Source of the DNA: Vicugna vicugna
Taxonomy: Eukaryota
Assembly (NCBI GenBank): GCA_013265495.1
Contig: MU057880.1
Coordinates: forward strand, 588,527-652,526
Direction: 5' to 3'
DNA length: 64,000 nucleotides
The notes beneath the pieces are model-generated. The model worked only from the letters and a program-made list of their open reading frames with translations, was not told the DNA's origin and did no database searches. A program made the position numbers and the translations under genes. Shown here in pieces: positions 36,620 through 51,094 of this stretch. Position 1 is the stretch's first letter; the number at the start of each line of letters is the position of its first letter.

Positions 36620-36760
36620 CTTTAAAATCAGAAGAGATGGGTTTGAGGCTCAGTTTTACCATTTCCTGGCTGTGTGACCTGGGTAAACTCCTCAAACTCT
36701 CCACATCTGTTAAATAAGGACAAAAAGCAGGTTCTTCATTGGGTTTGAGAGAAGATTAAA
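36620..36760 (+). mobile_element. MIR SINE fragment
   Basis: gggtttgaggctcagttttaccatttcctggctgtgtgacctgggtaaactcctcaaactctc. Confidence 0.7.
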
Positions 36761-37957
36761 TATGCCTAAATAATTAGCTATTGCTAACATTTCACGCAGA
36801 TGCACGACTATCAGAAATTGACAGGAAATAACACGGGAGAATCCATCAGTAAAGGCTACGTGTCACAGAATAAACACCAGTTTAAAGTGAGCACAGACAG
36901 ACACGTGTCATCTACAGCTTATCTGACACAAAAGACTTTTTAAAGTCTTTGCCCAACTAGAACACGAATGTAATGTCAGCCAAACGTAGTTTCTTCATGA
37001 AAAAAAAATCCTTTTAAATGAAAAAGGAATGTAAGTGTGCAATTATTATGAGTCCAATGCGGCCTCTCATACTTAGGTGTTAGCAGGGCTTCTCCTTCCT
37101 TGCAGATTAATAAAAGTTTGGTTAGAGGGAGATCACTAAATAATACCTGGTATAATTGTCTCACACTTTCCCACAGGAGCATTCCCTGGTGACCTGACAA
37201 CAATAGAGTTCATTCCTCCTAAATTAAGAAAAAGGAAGCAGCTGCTCCCGTCCCCCCAGGACTGGGTGGCTGCCACACGAGTTGAGAGCACTGTGGTGCA
37301 CTCACTTCCACACTTCCAGTCAAGAGTCCAGGTTGGAAATTCTTATATTCTGCTAATTTTTTCTCAAGGAGCAAAATTATTCAAGCCATGAGAAAGTACT
37401 AAACAAGAGAACAAAATAAACCATGGAAGGTGGTGAATGGTTGATAAATCATTAAGTTGTTCCAGCATGACCCAGCCAGGGTACACAGATCCTTTTTAAA
37501 TAACAGATCATTAAAAAATTCTCAGACTAGGAACTATAATGCCTCTAACTTAATTTACCATAAGATATACATGAAGAATCGTGCAGTGGTCAAGCTGGAT
37601 TCTGCAATCTCTGTTTTAACAGACCTTTGGACAGTAAGAACACCAGTGAGCCTGGCTTTCTTGGAGATCTCCATCCGTTGACCCCGTTACGAGTCCTAAA
37701 GTCAAAAGGAAAGAATTCTCCCCACACAGGTTCGGGCAACAAATTTTTCCTTGAGAGAATAAATAACGCCACCTGGCCACTTTTGCCATATGGTGGAATC
37801 TGAATTTATGAATTCTGGTTTGTGAAATGGAAGGAGGGTGGTGCAAACAGCTGCAATGATCCCGAAAGAGAAAGGCTGAAGGAGATACTGCAAACAGGCA
37901 CTTCAAACGACAGGGGTGGCCGAGGGTGACAATCTGGAGGAAAGGCTCCAGCATCGG

Positions 37958-38122
37958 GACCTAGCTTTGGTCCTGACTTTGCTAGTCACTGCTGTGAGAT
38001 GCCGGGCGAGTTACGTAACAACTCAAGCTGTTCCATGCTTCAGCTCCACCATACATAAACAGAAGCCGATACCTACTTTCCAGAGCTGCCGTGAAGACCA
38101 AGGAAGTTACAAAAAGCACTTA
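37958..38122 (+). mobile_element. MIR SINE fragment
   Basis: ggtcctgactttgctagtcactgctgtgagatgccgggcgagttacgtaac...cctactttccagagctgccgtgaaga. Confidence 0.6.
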
Positions 38123-40479
38123 CACACTGGCTAGTGTACAGCCATTGCCACTATTTCAAATTTAAGGGGGAAAAAAAGATTAGCCAGGCTCCACCGTGCC
38201 AAGGAAGACTGAAACCTTCCAGCCAGGTAGCCAATGGCAATTCTGGTTCCTTCAAGATCCCAAGTCCAATTTAGCAAATACTGCTGGTAAAATTTCATCG
38301 TTCTCAATAAGATTAAAATTATACAAAATGAGCACACTGAAAAGACTTAGTCTTGTGTGCGTCTCAAGACACTTTGGATGTTCATCTGAATGACCGCATT
38401 TTTTTCTTTTGGCCACCACCAAGGATTGCCATTGGTACTTAACTTTTTCCTCTCCACAAGGACAAGGACATTGGCACAAAATGCCTAATAAGGAACTCTG
38501 TGAATGACAAGTGTCCTCTACTTCAAAGAAGAGAAATTTAAGTAGGAAATTGCTGGATACGTCTGATGACCTTTGGAGAGCTTCCCATAAAGGTGGTTTA
38601 GGTACTGCCCTCCCGGAAGACTGAAGATCAACTAGACAGTCTTCCAGGCTCAGGGCACAAGGCAGAAAAACCAAAGGACAGTTACACGCTTTCCTCTGCT
38701 TCTTGTCCAAGTATAGCCTGTATCTGTGTCTGTATTTGCACCTAGGTAATAACGTTTTGCCAGATGAGGAGAACAATGAAGGCTAAAACAGCCCGGAACT
38801 GCAGCCCCCAGAATGTGCTGGTGGGTGGGGAGCCAAGGAAGCTGGGAGTAAACAGGAACCTTCTCTCTGCCCACTTCTGGCAAAAATGCAACACTCATTA
38901 AGACTTTTTAGCTTGTATCTATCTCCTTTAAGAAAAAAAATTTATCAGCTTTCAGTATAACTCCGAAATGCCACAGGTAAACAAAGAAGGGGCACAAGCG
39001 TCTGGGAGAATCAGCTTTTCAAATGGAACGACCTCAGGCACCACTGCCGCTTCCACCACAGAATGTCACGACGCCTCGCTGTCGCTGCCTCTGCCTCGCG
39101 CCATGCCCCGACTCCCCCAGACCCCCGGCTCCCTGCCCCACCTGCTCACCACTGCCACTGCCACCAGAGGGAAGGAAAGAGGGGACGCACGGCTTCAACT
39201 GCTCAAGGGACTGTCACCAGAACGGCGACTCGTTTCTTACAGAATGAAACTCCAGCAGCAGATCTATGTGGGGCTCTTTTTAAAATTCCAAATGGAAAAG
39301 CTGACACGGTAATGGACCAGGAAGGCCACTGCAATACAAAACTTCAGGTCCTCTCTTAAGTTTCCCCTCCATCCTAAAAAAAATGGGCTTAGTGAAGAAT
39401 TCCTTTTCACCAATAGATTACAGATACCAAGTGAAACAAAACTGGTAACCTGGTTAAACCTGTTCTTCTAAGAAGCCACTCACTCATCCTGGCAAACAGG
39501 TACAGTGAAGTTGAGTCCAAGGCATAACTCTGAAACCCTAGAAACCACTTGAAAGGGGCACACACAGGCTTACGATTCGCAAACTGGAAAGCAGAGACTG
39601 CGATAAGCTCACCATTTAGCAGTAAAAGGAGCCCCCGCAAGCGCAGGTGCAGACTTCAGTGCCCCCTCCCTCCCGCCGCGGTGCTGGTGCGCCCCCCGGG
39701 CCAGCACTGGTCCTGCTGTCACATCGTGCTTTCACTCAGGCTCGCTCAACTACAACCATCAGAGGTCCGTCCAGCCGAGGGCGAAGCTGCTCCTGGGATA
39801 TGGAGCCTGCCCCTGCTTACTGACGTCTGCAGACCAGGAAGCTCTGTGAGGAGATTTCTTTTCCTCACCTCCAACCTTGACCAGTCCAGGAGAGTGAACA
39901 GCCAAGGAACCAAGCTCCACACCGAGTGGGGAAACAGCCCCTAATTAACTGACCATCGGAGCCCCAGGGAGCTTCTCAAACAGGTGCTGGGCCCCTCTCC
40001 AGCTGTGCTAACCACAAACTCTGGGGACCCAGGCATCTGCATTTCTCACAAGCAGAACCTGCCCTCCCCTCCATCAAGCAACCCTTGTCATTAGATGAAT
40101 TTGGGGACAAAAGAAATAAGGGAACACGGGAAGGAATCACTGGCTTCCTACTGTGTGCACTTGTGTTCCTTGTCAAAAGCACCTAATGCCCACTGTCCCT
40201 GCCCATCAGACGGTGTCAGGTGGCACTATGATGGCAGAGCTGCAGTTTTCCAGGCAGGATATAAAAAATCTCAGTTTGTGTTTACAGTAAGTCAGTGTTA
40301 CTGCTATAGTATACCGTGCCAGAAATAACTGAAGGTGCCAGAAACCAGCGAAACAGAAAATGTCGGCAGAAGACGTCTTCATGGTCACAGTGAGCTCCCA
40401 CCTAAACGTCTGGAATAAACGTAGGTAAGTACCTGTTAGTCCTTTAGGAAGACAGACATGTAGCGCACTGGAGCGCGGT

Positions 40480-41000
40480 AACCTGCCTGGCTTGGGAATT
40501 TGAGGGCCTGAATTCCAATCTCCGCTTTCCCACAAAGAAGCAAATCAACAAACTTCTCTGAGTCTCTGAGCCTCATTTATAAAAGGGGGTAATAATGAAT
40601 TCAGAGTCTCACCATTATAACTAAGCAAGAAACAGGTCTACCATTAATTAATAAAATAACTAACACATTTGAGCACTTACCTTGTACCTGACACGATTCT
40701 AACTATTCTTTTTAATCAATCAAAAATGCATACCTTGAATTATTCATTCATAATTTCTCCTCAGCTCCACCCAGCTCTTCCCAAGATAAAATGAGGCATC
40801 ATTCAAACTCAATTATTAGATTTGACAGCGTGAAAATCATAAAAGCCACCTGCTTGAAAAGGGTCATTTTCAATCCTCAAAGGAGCCAACAAGTAGGTCC
40901 TCTCACCAGCTCCTGTTTCACAAGTAGGTAAGTTCAGAAAGGGGAAGTGACTTGCTCAAGGCCACACAGCTCATAAATGGAGATAATCGAGCACCCTTAA
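40480..41000. mobile_element. Cluster of MIR fragments in both orientations
   Basis: ctctgagcctcatttataaaaggggg on the plus strand; gaagtgacttgctcaaggccacacagctcataaatgg on the minus strand. Confidence 0.6.
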
Positions 41001-44000
41001 CCATCATGATAAATCAGATGTCTTCAACATAACACACGCAGGATAAATTTTGGTCCTTTCTCCCAACCTCTGCTAATTCAGGGTCCTGGGGGTAAAATCA
41101 GGTCTCACGTTTCCAAGCTAGGTTTACGCGCACCCCTTCCCCGGGACATGAGATGGAGCTGTCTCCTTTAAGCACCCACCCCCTGCCCCAAGCTGGTTGT
41201 CAAGGACATCCCGGTTCTCTTTTAAGTCTAGGTTAGCCTAAATTTCAAGTTTAGAATGCTTTCTGCTTGTGCTTACCTACCTTTATTATGAATAACTCTC
41301 ATTTATATTCATAACGAACACAATCACCATTTCAACTGGACTGCACTTCACCAACATCACACAGACAGAGCGGTGCTAAGCCAAGAGCAAGCACAGCCAT
41401 CCTGCCTACTTCTTCACATCTGCACAGCTCGAGAAGACAGCAGTTCTCAACAGGTGAGTGTGACGCTACTGACTCCAATAACTGAACTTGGACGATGGCT
41501 TCATTTCAGGCTCGCATCTTGGGAAGAGGTGAGTAGAACCACGAAGGGGAAATTATCAACAAAAAATAATTTGACTTGATATTATCAATTTTCGACTGTC
41601 TGAAACACGTGCCTCTCTATTTTAAGTAAGGAGACCTTTCTCAAAGGTTTCAGAGCACGGAGGTTACAGAGTGACGGTCTTCAAAGTAACTATTTAGCTC
41701 ACCTACACTTTGTAACAATACACACGACAATCACCCTGCTCTCACTTCCCAAGATGAACCAACTTTGAAGCATGAGGATGCATTTACTAATTAAACGACA
41801 CAGGTCTGTGGGAGACAGGAGAGTCCCGCTCCTCTCTTCCTTGAGAAGGAATCGAGACACACTTGAGAACTGCTATGTCTTCTGCAGTCCTGCTCAAACT
41901 GATACCAGGAGTTTCTCCTCTTCTGAATAGTCAATTCAGGTGGAGAACAACTGAAAAATGCCCAGGAATAGTCCTGCCAGAGGAGCAGAAAACATTGCCG
42001 TGCTCCTCCACCCAGAAACTTCCCTCACAAAGACACCCATTATCTTTTCTCCATTAAATGCATTTCTTCTTGAGAGAGAGAATTATATTATTAAACATTC
42101 TCACCTTTGTTCAAGGCCAAAGAGAAGAAGAAATGCTTAAACATTCAATTCTCTAATCCTCTTAGATCTTGTCAAAACAAGGAAGAGGAAATAAAGAATG
42201 TACAAGAGGCTGATTGTCAATCAAAATGGAAAATTAAAACTGCTCAGCTGGAACTCCACATCGGCTTTAAGTGCCAAGCTTCTCAACTCCACCCCCCACC
42301 CTCCACCTTGCCACCCTGCACTTCTGGAAAAGTTAAAAACCTCATTGTCTCCCCCACTGTGGTTTAAGGCTGTCCCCTATTTCCAATTTGAGAATCACTG
42401 TAGCCACACCAGCTAAATGTTTTCCCGTGTTAATTTCTGTGGTTTATGTTATGGAAGTTACAGGATACCTAAATTTCAAATATCCATTTTTCTTAATAAT
42501 ACTGAGTGTTTCAACCCTAAAAATTATTGCTTTAAATAAATATGTAAGTGACTAAGCAGCAGTGTGTGCTATATGTTTATAACGGGTTATATGGGTGACT
42601 GTAACCATGGCACGTGGGCACCCTCACATAGGACTATCAGAACAAAGCATCTGTCTCCACCTCCTTGGTCTAACATAAAATTCTTCTGAAGTGATGGGAA
42701 AGGAATCTGAGACTGGAAGCAAACCTATCCGAGATCCTGTGAGAATCGCTGATTCCCTGTGGGTCTTTGATTCCAGATGTGTTTTTTAAGAACGGTTAAA
42801 TTGAGGCTCTCTGAATCCTAAAATCTCCCGAGTCAATCACTAACTCAGCTGTCTCTGGAGAATCTGCTGTACAAATCACCCGGTACGTTAACGTGGCCAC
42901 ACATTAATCGCTGATCACTTGATCTTTCTCAGATGCTACACGCTGTCACCGCTTTCCGAGGCAATCTGAATTGGAAACACAGGAAATGATGGAAGCAAAT
43001 GAGTGGAATGAGAGCTGACATGAGAACGTGACTGTAATGTGATTTCCACACAGCAGGGGAATGCAGTCCCCGCAGCACAAGGTTATCGGTACGAGTGAAA
43101 GGACTTGAAAAGATGGACACAAACACGTAAGACAGCTCCAGCCAGGCACTAATCAAAGAGGGTCCTTCCCATCGGAGGACGCTCAGGAGTCGTGCAGGGA
43201 GGGACGCGTCCCACCTGCCCGGGAAGTGCTCCTGCCACTGCTCCGGGAACCGAGTCCCACTGGCTCTGAAGGACCACCCGCACCACCCGGCTAAGACAAG
43301 CTCTCAGCAGCACTTCCGGGAAACAGGCCAGACCATCGTGCACTTACAGTTAGGCTGCCCTGTGTTTATGGTCATAGAACCATAAAATGTCGGGATCTAA
43401 CCGACCCCTCACTTTATAAGGAAACTGAAGCCCAAAGAACTTAATCAACTTACTGAACATCAGATTCCTTATCTAGTCGGTCAGTCACGCAAAGGTCCTT
43501 ACAAGCTACAGCACTGATGGACTTAGAGGCAGAAACACGTCTGAACGTTAGACCCAGTCTTCCACCTGCTCACTCACATGCAAACTGAGCTCCCACCACG
43601 TCAAGCGCCGAGACATGTGCTTCCCAACGTAAGGTTAGCTGATTCGCGGGTTCATGTAAAACAACACAACCACAAATTTTCCCAGTACACTTTCTCGAAC
43701 AGCCTACAAGAATTATATAAATAATTTACAAGGAATGGACATTTTCGCCAAAAAAAAAAAAGTGAAGACCTGATTTCAGTAAGTTAAAAAAAAAAATGCA
43801 AGGGCAGAGAAGGAAATGCTATGCAGGCCAGAGAAAACCTAGCCACTCCTGTGCTGATATCCAAAGTCCTCACCTTAGAAAGCCATCAAGAGCTCAGCTA
43901 AAGAGGCAAGGAGACTCCCGATCTTTGGTTACACTTCTGAATTATTAAAGCCACCAGTATGGACATCTCCTGTTAAGAGTCGTGCTAAATGCACCAACTT

Positions 44001-44084
44001 TATTCATGATTTTGGATCCTCAAAGTAGAAATCACTTAGTAAGTCTGGGTCTTGTATCTTGTTCAGTAAGAATGAGGAACTGTA

Positions 44085-44258
44085 GCAGCGCTCTCAAACT
44101 TGACTGCACGTCAGAATCACCTGGGAGAACTTTTCAGCAGTCAGGCGCCAAGGCCACACTCCAAACCAATTAAATCGGAATCTCTGGTGTGGGACTTCAA
44201 GTCGTTTTTAAAAGTCCCCAGATGTTTCTAATATACAAAAGAAGCAGATGATCACTAG
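44085..44258. mobile_element. MER5A-like hAT-Charlie DNA transposon
   Basis: ctctcaaacttgactgcacgtcagaatcacctgggaga...aattaaatcggaatctctgg...aaaagtccccagatgtttctaat. Confidence 0.8.
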
Positions 44259-46849
44259 GGTCAAGCTACTTCCCAAATTCTATGTCTAAGTCAACTCGTG
44301 TCCACTGAACCAGGTAATTTTAATGCTCATAAGGGCTAGTGACTGTAATTTACTGAAACGCTATAGTGATTCACTCATGTAAGAGTGAGAATAAACTGGC
44401 ATATAACAAGCATTCACTCACTGCCAACCTGAGAGCCAACAATCCGAAATCAGACAGCGAACACAGAAGACAGGCTGAGCCGAGAACACACTTTCGACAT
44501 ACAACATTCCTCTAAAGATTGGCCAGAAACACACGACTCCGGTGGTAATTTCTTAATTTCCCAAACTTTCTCTTATCAACAGATACTCCCACGAGACCTC
44601 ACAATGACAAACCAAAGAAACTTCCTCTCGATAATCTCCTACCATGATTGATGGTGAAAGTAAGTCTTAAAGATGAGATTCTGTACCTTTTCACAAACAT
44701 GAAAGCACCCTAGAGTTGGATCTAACTTTTCTCTTCTTTACAAGATTTCCCTGTTAATTCATGTTACTCTGTAATTTGTCCACCATGACCCACCCCGCCA
44801 AAATGATAAAAATAGCAACAAAAAAACTGAAACCATGATGTATGGTTCATCTGTCTTATTCTGATTGATCTTTTCTTAGGCAAGGTCAGAAAAAAATATA
44901 AAATGTCTTCTGTCATAATGCTTACTAATCATAAGCCTTAATACCTGTCTTTGCAAAATGAGACACGTTACATTCAGCAAACGAATTATTTTTAAATGAC
45001 AGTGCACATAAACTTTCTGCCATTAGGCAACTAAAAGCCAATTTCTTCCCAACTAGTGAGTCTTAGAAAATAGAGACGTATTTTTAATATTAAGCAATTC
45101 TTACAAAGTTAGTTAAGATAAACATACTGCAAAATGTATATGTATGTGTATATATGTCCATACATGGACAGTGTGTTTACGCACATTACAGCACATACGC
45201 ATTTTGCACAGCGCTTTGTAAACCCTAGATCACTTAGTAAACACAAATGATATAGATTAACTCATTTTGAGATTATCTGGGAACATCAGTCCACCCCATT
45301 CCACAGATACCTGAAGTCTGACAGTCTGATATGAATCATATCATGTTATGAATCACAACAAAAATGAAAGAAACGCTTTCAGTCGCTGCTTCCTAACCTG
45401 CCTCTGCACAACGTTCTGAGAAATCTTCAGGGACAGAGTCTACGTAAGACTGCGAAGTGCAGTGCCTGGCTCGTGCCAAACAGCCCCGAAAATTTGCTCA
45501 ATAAAAGGTCAAACTTCTAATTCAACAATACATGAGAAGGGGGTTACAGGGTCAATGAAATGTAAAATAAATCAGACTGCCCTGTAACAGTTTGGCGGAA
45601 AGGACTGGAGGAAACGCCAGGGTATCTGGACAGCCTGTTCCTGATCCTACTGTGGACTATTTGGGGGGGATACAGACATCACACTTACACTGAGCAGAAT
45701 TTTCTTACCCAAAAAATGGAAGGAGATGGAATCATACAACTTCTTAGCTCTTTTTAACACATAAAACTTAAGCAATGTATAAAGTATGTCAGAAAGTCTG
45801 AGCAAGTTTACTTTAATAAACGGTCACCCTGAGGAAGAGAGGGTAAAAGTGGTCAACATGAGATAAATCTACACCTGAAATGCTGTAACCCTTCAGCGGA
45901 ATTCCACCTGTGCTGTTTCTTATCACAGCTCTGAAAATATCTGTTAAACCCACAAATACCAGAGACGATGTTTACTGCTTAGATTTATGACCAATTGGTA
46001 ATTAAGATAAGAAGCAGAAAGATGGCAATAATCTTGTGATTATTTCCCTGTTTTTATTACAAAAAAATCATATAAATAGTGATGCTTACACTAATGGTAA
46101 TTTTATTTAAAGGAAAAACACCTGCATGGTGTTTACAGCAGTTCACACTGAGCTTGTCTGTGGCTCCCCCTCATCTGTCACAAGATGATCAAAGTCATTC
46201 TAGTAACACAGCAAATAACTTCCAAAACTAGTTTTCTGGAAGTGTTAAGTCAAATGCTATTACATTGTTGGGAAACCGCCTTCCTCCAGAAATTAAAGTT
46301 CTCTATTTTTATTTAGAAAAACATTAACAGGCTCTTTCAGTTCAGAAATGATGATTAACTGCTCAGCTTAAATATCTCTTCTTCTGAAAAAATACTAATA
46401 CAGTGGGTGCACAGGCCAATGTGGAAATCCATCCATGCACGTGAACTCCCTCTGCATAATAAACTGAACAGCAGAAGAAACTACCCTAGCTTATAACTTC
46501 CTAAACCCCAGAATGACAGGTGTTCAAACATGTTTCACTTACGAGGGAAAAAAAAAACTATTCTTGAAGAGAGCAAAAAAGATGGGTTAGATTTTCATCC
46601 CCTAAGAGTTAACAGTAATCAATACATAATAATTTAGAACAGAAAGAGAAAGAGGAGACTTTGGGGGAAATACGTGCCTCACAGCACTGTCTAATCTACT
46701 TCTAGGATTTATAGACACTCAACCCTGGGCCTAGAGAGACGGCAGTTTGCCTGAGGAGTGTAACTTCAACTTCAAAATGTGCTTCACACATGAGAACATT
46801 CAAATCCCTTGATACAAAGAACTACACCTGTGTGTGTCTGGATAAATGT

Positions 46850-47890
46850 ATTTATACACCGTCTCTGTCCGAGGAGACGGTCTAGGAAGGCAAACAGTCC
46901 AGGGGCAAGGAGCCCATCCAGCACCCAGATCATAGTTTCTCCAATAAAAGGAACCAGGGTTCTTAAAGAAATGGCTGGTTCTAAGACAGGTGAGAAAACA
47001 CAAGACTTAGGAGTACCAGAAAGAGAGCCATTGATCAAGGAAAAAAACCACAAGAGCTTCTATGCCAAAAGGTGGAAAACTCAGAGCAATAAAATAATGT
47101 CCTCTTAAATTATACCCCAAAGGACAAAATAAAATAAAAAACATATATCTGAGCCCACACTGACATAAATAATTGAATTATAAATGAGAAAGAAGAGGTG
47201 ATCTTCCTTAGAGGAGATCCTAAACTATTTACACAGATGGTCCCGGGGCATGGGGCTCAGGTCCCCACCCCTATCACACCCCCCTGAGCGTGGGCTGGAT
47301 TGAATGACTTGCTTCCAAAGACCAGAGTGTGGACAGACGGGGGGAGAGCTGTCCGGCGTAACTCTATAGCAGAGGAACCTGAGAAGCACCACCCCAGCCA
47401 GGACACAAGGTCGGCCTCACCTGTGACAAGTCAGGCGCCTAGGATGGGGGCTTGGTACCACGTGATGAACAGCACTCTGCCTCCGTGGTCCCCCTCCCAG
47501 AATCTCACGCCTGCAGTCCAGCCACAAGAACATCAGACAAATCCCACCGAGGAACATTCTGCCAAATAACCCTGAGTCCCCAAAACTTGCAAAGTCCCAA
47601 GGAATAAGGGGAGCGTGAGGGACACAGGTAAGAAGGGGCTGAGGAGACGTGAGGACTGACGTGGTCGGGGGTCCTGGCAGGGTCCAGGGACAGGAGGGTG
47701 CATCCATGGGAAACCAGTGGAACCGGAAGAAAGTGGACAGTTTAGTCACAGTAACGCACAGTGTTGTTCCTCGGTTTCACAAGTGAATCTTAGCAACGTA
47801 CAATGTAAGGACAGAAGGGACGCAGAGGGGCGGACGCCAGGACTCACGACACCAGGAGCTTTCCAACTCCTCTCATCTAAAGTTATTCCA
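46850..47890 (+). mobile_element. Old LINE-1 (L1MC/L1MD-like) 3' UTR
   Basis: gcccatccagcacccagatcatagtttctccaataaaaggaaccagggttctta...catcagacaaatccca...ctaaagttattcca. Confidence 0.7.
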
Positions 47891-47892
47891 GA

Positions 47893-48053
47893 GCAAGGAG
47901 GGTAGGGCTCAGAAATAGAGTGCGTGCTCAGCATGCCCGAGGCCCTGGGTTCAGTCCCCAGCATCCCCTCTAAAAATAAATAAACCTAGAACCCCCAGAA
48001 CAAAAAATACGGGTATACAACAATAAGTAAATAGAATATTTTTAATAAAAAAA
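47893..48053 (+). mobile_element. tRNA-derived SINE (camelid Vic-1-like) with 15 bp TSD
   Basis: ggagggtagggctcagaaatagagtgcgtgctcagcatgcccgaggccctgggttcagtccccagca. TSD taaagttattccaga at 47878-47892 and 48054-48068. Confidence 0.9.
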
Positions 48054-49365
48054 TAAAGTTATTCCAGAATAAAAAATTTTTTTTTGAAAGAACCACATCC
48101 ACATGGACAGATCAATCCAAAACTTACGTTGTCACAGGTGAAAAAAATAAATGAACAAAACATCGCAAAAGAACATCAGAGGTTCAGGCCAGGGACACGG
48201 TGCCCCCAGATCCCGGGTTCTGGGTTCCAGTTTGGGAACGACTTATAGTTCAGGAGAGAAGAAACATTCATCACTGCAAAGACCTGAGGGCTTAAAGCCA
48301 CTTGCTCTCCTCCCACCTTAATGACATCCTGCGGCCGAGACCTCGTGACCTGCCCCTCTTCCAAGGCGTCACCATGGCATCAGTCTTCCCCACCTATCAA
48401 TTTCACACAATTGTCATGTTTCAGAAACACAGAACTTGAGAACCTTTGATGACAGCCTACTTTAAACACACACACACACACAATTACCAAAAGTAGTGGC
48501 ACTAAGTAGAAACTGATCCTGCCTTAACCTACCTCTCACCGCCCTTGCCCCAAGCACCTGACTCTCTAGCCAAAATAACTCGTCCCCAAAAGCCCACAAC
48601 ACTTTGGGGCTTATTTTCTTTGCTTTTTCTCAATAGTTTTCATCCTGTGAGCACCTAAAAACCAGGAAATAGCAGGTCTTATTCATTCAGATTCCTTCTC
48701 CCCAGCCCAGCACTGAACTGTATCTGTAATAGGTGCCTAAGACGTCCTTTGATTTCCTCAAAAACTCAGTCTCCCCTTCAAATCCATTTCAAAATCTCAA
48801 CAACAACAACAAAATACTTCTCAATAATCAGTTAAACGTGCTCTGTTGGAAACTAGTCATCTGACTGCAATTCAAATCATCTGTTCAGTGTCCTACCACA
48901 TCAGATGACCAGCACCAACCCGGACTAGACGCTGTAGATAAGCTGCTATCTGTGGCTGCAGCTGTGAGTAACTGTGAGATCACGGGGGCGGGGGGGGGAG
49001 TCAAACCACCACAACCACACAGCACAACCGAAAGTGCTTTAAAGCTGCTACGGCACAGCCGACCTTTGGAAGCAGTATGTACAGCCTCCACCATAAAGGA
49101 CAGTAACTCCCAAAGCACAGTACAGACCTCGGATTCAGCCACCAACCCTCAAAAAAATCAGGAGGAAGCCAAGCCCTGGTTCTGCTCACCACTCAGACTC
49201 TGTGACCTGATCACATCCCGCTTTTCTCGCCGACTAGAGCAGCAGCAACCACACCCTCCGACTGAAGCCGGACGGAGAAGAGCAGGGGACAGAAGGGATG
49301 GGTGGCGCGCTGGACAGCAGCCTGACGCCCTCCGGGTCAGAGCCACGTCCTAAACGCTCCACACG

Positions 49366-49985
49366 CACTTGGTCCTCATTACTGGGGAGTCCCCGTTTGT
49401 AAATTCGCCTACTTGCGAACATGTACGTGCAGCCCCAAATCCGACACTCGACGCCCTTTCCCAGTCGTGCAGGGACATGTGCAGGGCGGTGAACACGTGA
49501 GTCATCTTGGTGGCACGGTCCCAAGAGGTGTGTGAGGTGAAGGAGGCAATGCCCTCCTGTTTCAGCTCCTGCGCTGGAAACCAGCATCCTTCACAAGCGA
49601 TATTCTCTGTCCTGGTTTCCACGTGTTTGTGCTTCGCGTTAGTGATCGCATTGTTCACGGCCCCAAAGATGCTGCAGTTTTGTCTAGTAATCCTAAGGGC
49701 AGGAAGGCTGGGAGGTGCCTCAGGGAGAATGCACCTGAGTCAGGTGCGTTCTGCTCTGCTGCTGTCCTTGAGTTCAGTGTTAGTGCAGTAGCAAAATCTA
49801 TACTGAGTAAGTGTCTTTAAACAGAAACACACGTAAAACAAGGTTCTACCAGTTGATGAAAATGTGACCAGAAGCTTGCAAGACCCTAACCGTGTACCTC
49901 CCCTGGGAGCAATGGTTCAAAATTTGCTAACTCAGTGTTCTTTACATCTCTACAGACTATAACTACCTGAATATAAGATACACTG
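49366..49985. mobile_element. Near full-length MER82-like TcMar-Tigger DNA transposon
   Basis: cacttggtcctcattact...gtaaattcgcctacttgc...aaacagaaacacacgtaaaacaagg...cccctgggagcaatggttca...ataactacc, with degenerate terminal inverted repeats at both ends. Confidence 0.75.
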
Positions 49986-51094
49986 ATACTACTAATAACA
50001 GTAACAGTATAACAATAAAAACAAAAATAAATGATAATAAATTAGTACTACTGGAATCTTCTAGGATTGGCAAAATCTGGGGTAAAAAAACAAAATATTC
50101 TAAGTAAAGGAACTAAGATTACAGGGGAATTTTCTAGATCCAACACCTAACACCTGTACCAACTGCTTTTAGGCTTTTAGAACATTGTTCATGCAACAAC
50201 ATTTTATAAAGTTTTAAAATTATGTCCTAGGTGACATCTCTTTGTGATAACCACCTCTTCCATGAACTTCTGATGATGACTGCTCTAAAACAAACAAGGG
50301 ACAAACCTACCCAACCCTAAATAATTCTGTTCTAGTAAGTGTTTCTACAAAATTGGACAGTCTAACACGTTAAAACTTAACATAATTTTTGAGCACGCAC
50401 ATCACCAATACACATAGAAATGATCTGTTTAGGGGGAAAATATTCAGAATAATTCCCTAGTTGTTTTTCATCATTTATATAAAAGTCTTTAGTTGGAAGA
50501 AAAAAAAAAAACAAGAGAGAGAAGGGATGAATGGGGGAGGAAGAAAAACTAAAGCTGAAATTTCAACTAAATTTGCATTTTTGTAAATGTCCACATTACA
50601 ATTTTAAGAGCCAACTTTACTTCTTAATCAACAGGTAGGTATTCCAGCTCCTTTTTCCTTCTGCTGCGCTCTATATTTGTCTTGAAAACAGTATTTCCCA
50701 GAGCGTGCTCCAGGATGCTTTTGCAAAGGGGGTGCCTAGTCACATCAGTTTAGGGAACATATACTCCACCCCGTCCCACAGCAGAGTCAGGAATGCAGAC
50801 TTGAAAATCCAGGGCTCCAAAAATGCTGCAGGAAATAAATTTGTTTAATCCAAGGGTTTTTGTACTTTTCCTTTTCTCTCGTTCACTATTAATACATTTG
50901 CCTTTCTTACTGAGTTCTTTAAAGATAGTATCCTTAATGTTGCAAATAATTTCCCCCAATGATGATTAATCATTAATGTTTCATTTCAAATAAAAAGAGA
51001 CAGGTTAATAGACCAGTAATGTGGAAAAGAAAAAAAATAGATTAATGTTGTAAATAATGTGTCTTAAAAAGAAATAGTTTTTTTGAATAGTTTT

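Noticed and set aside
37590..38898. Cluster of minus-strand ORFs (up to 174 aa)
   Set aside because: No RAPGEF2 or other recognisable peptide, and splice signals are weak.
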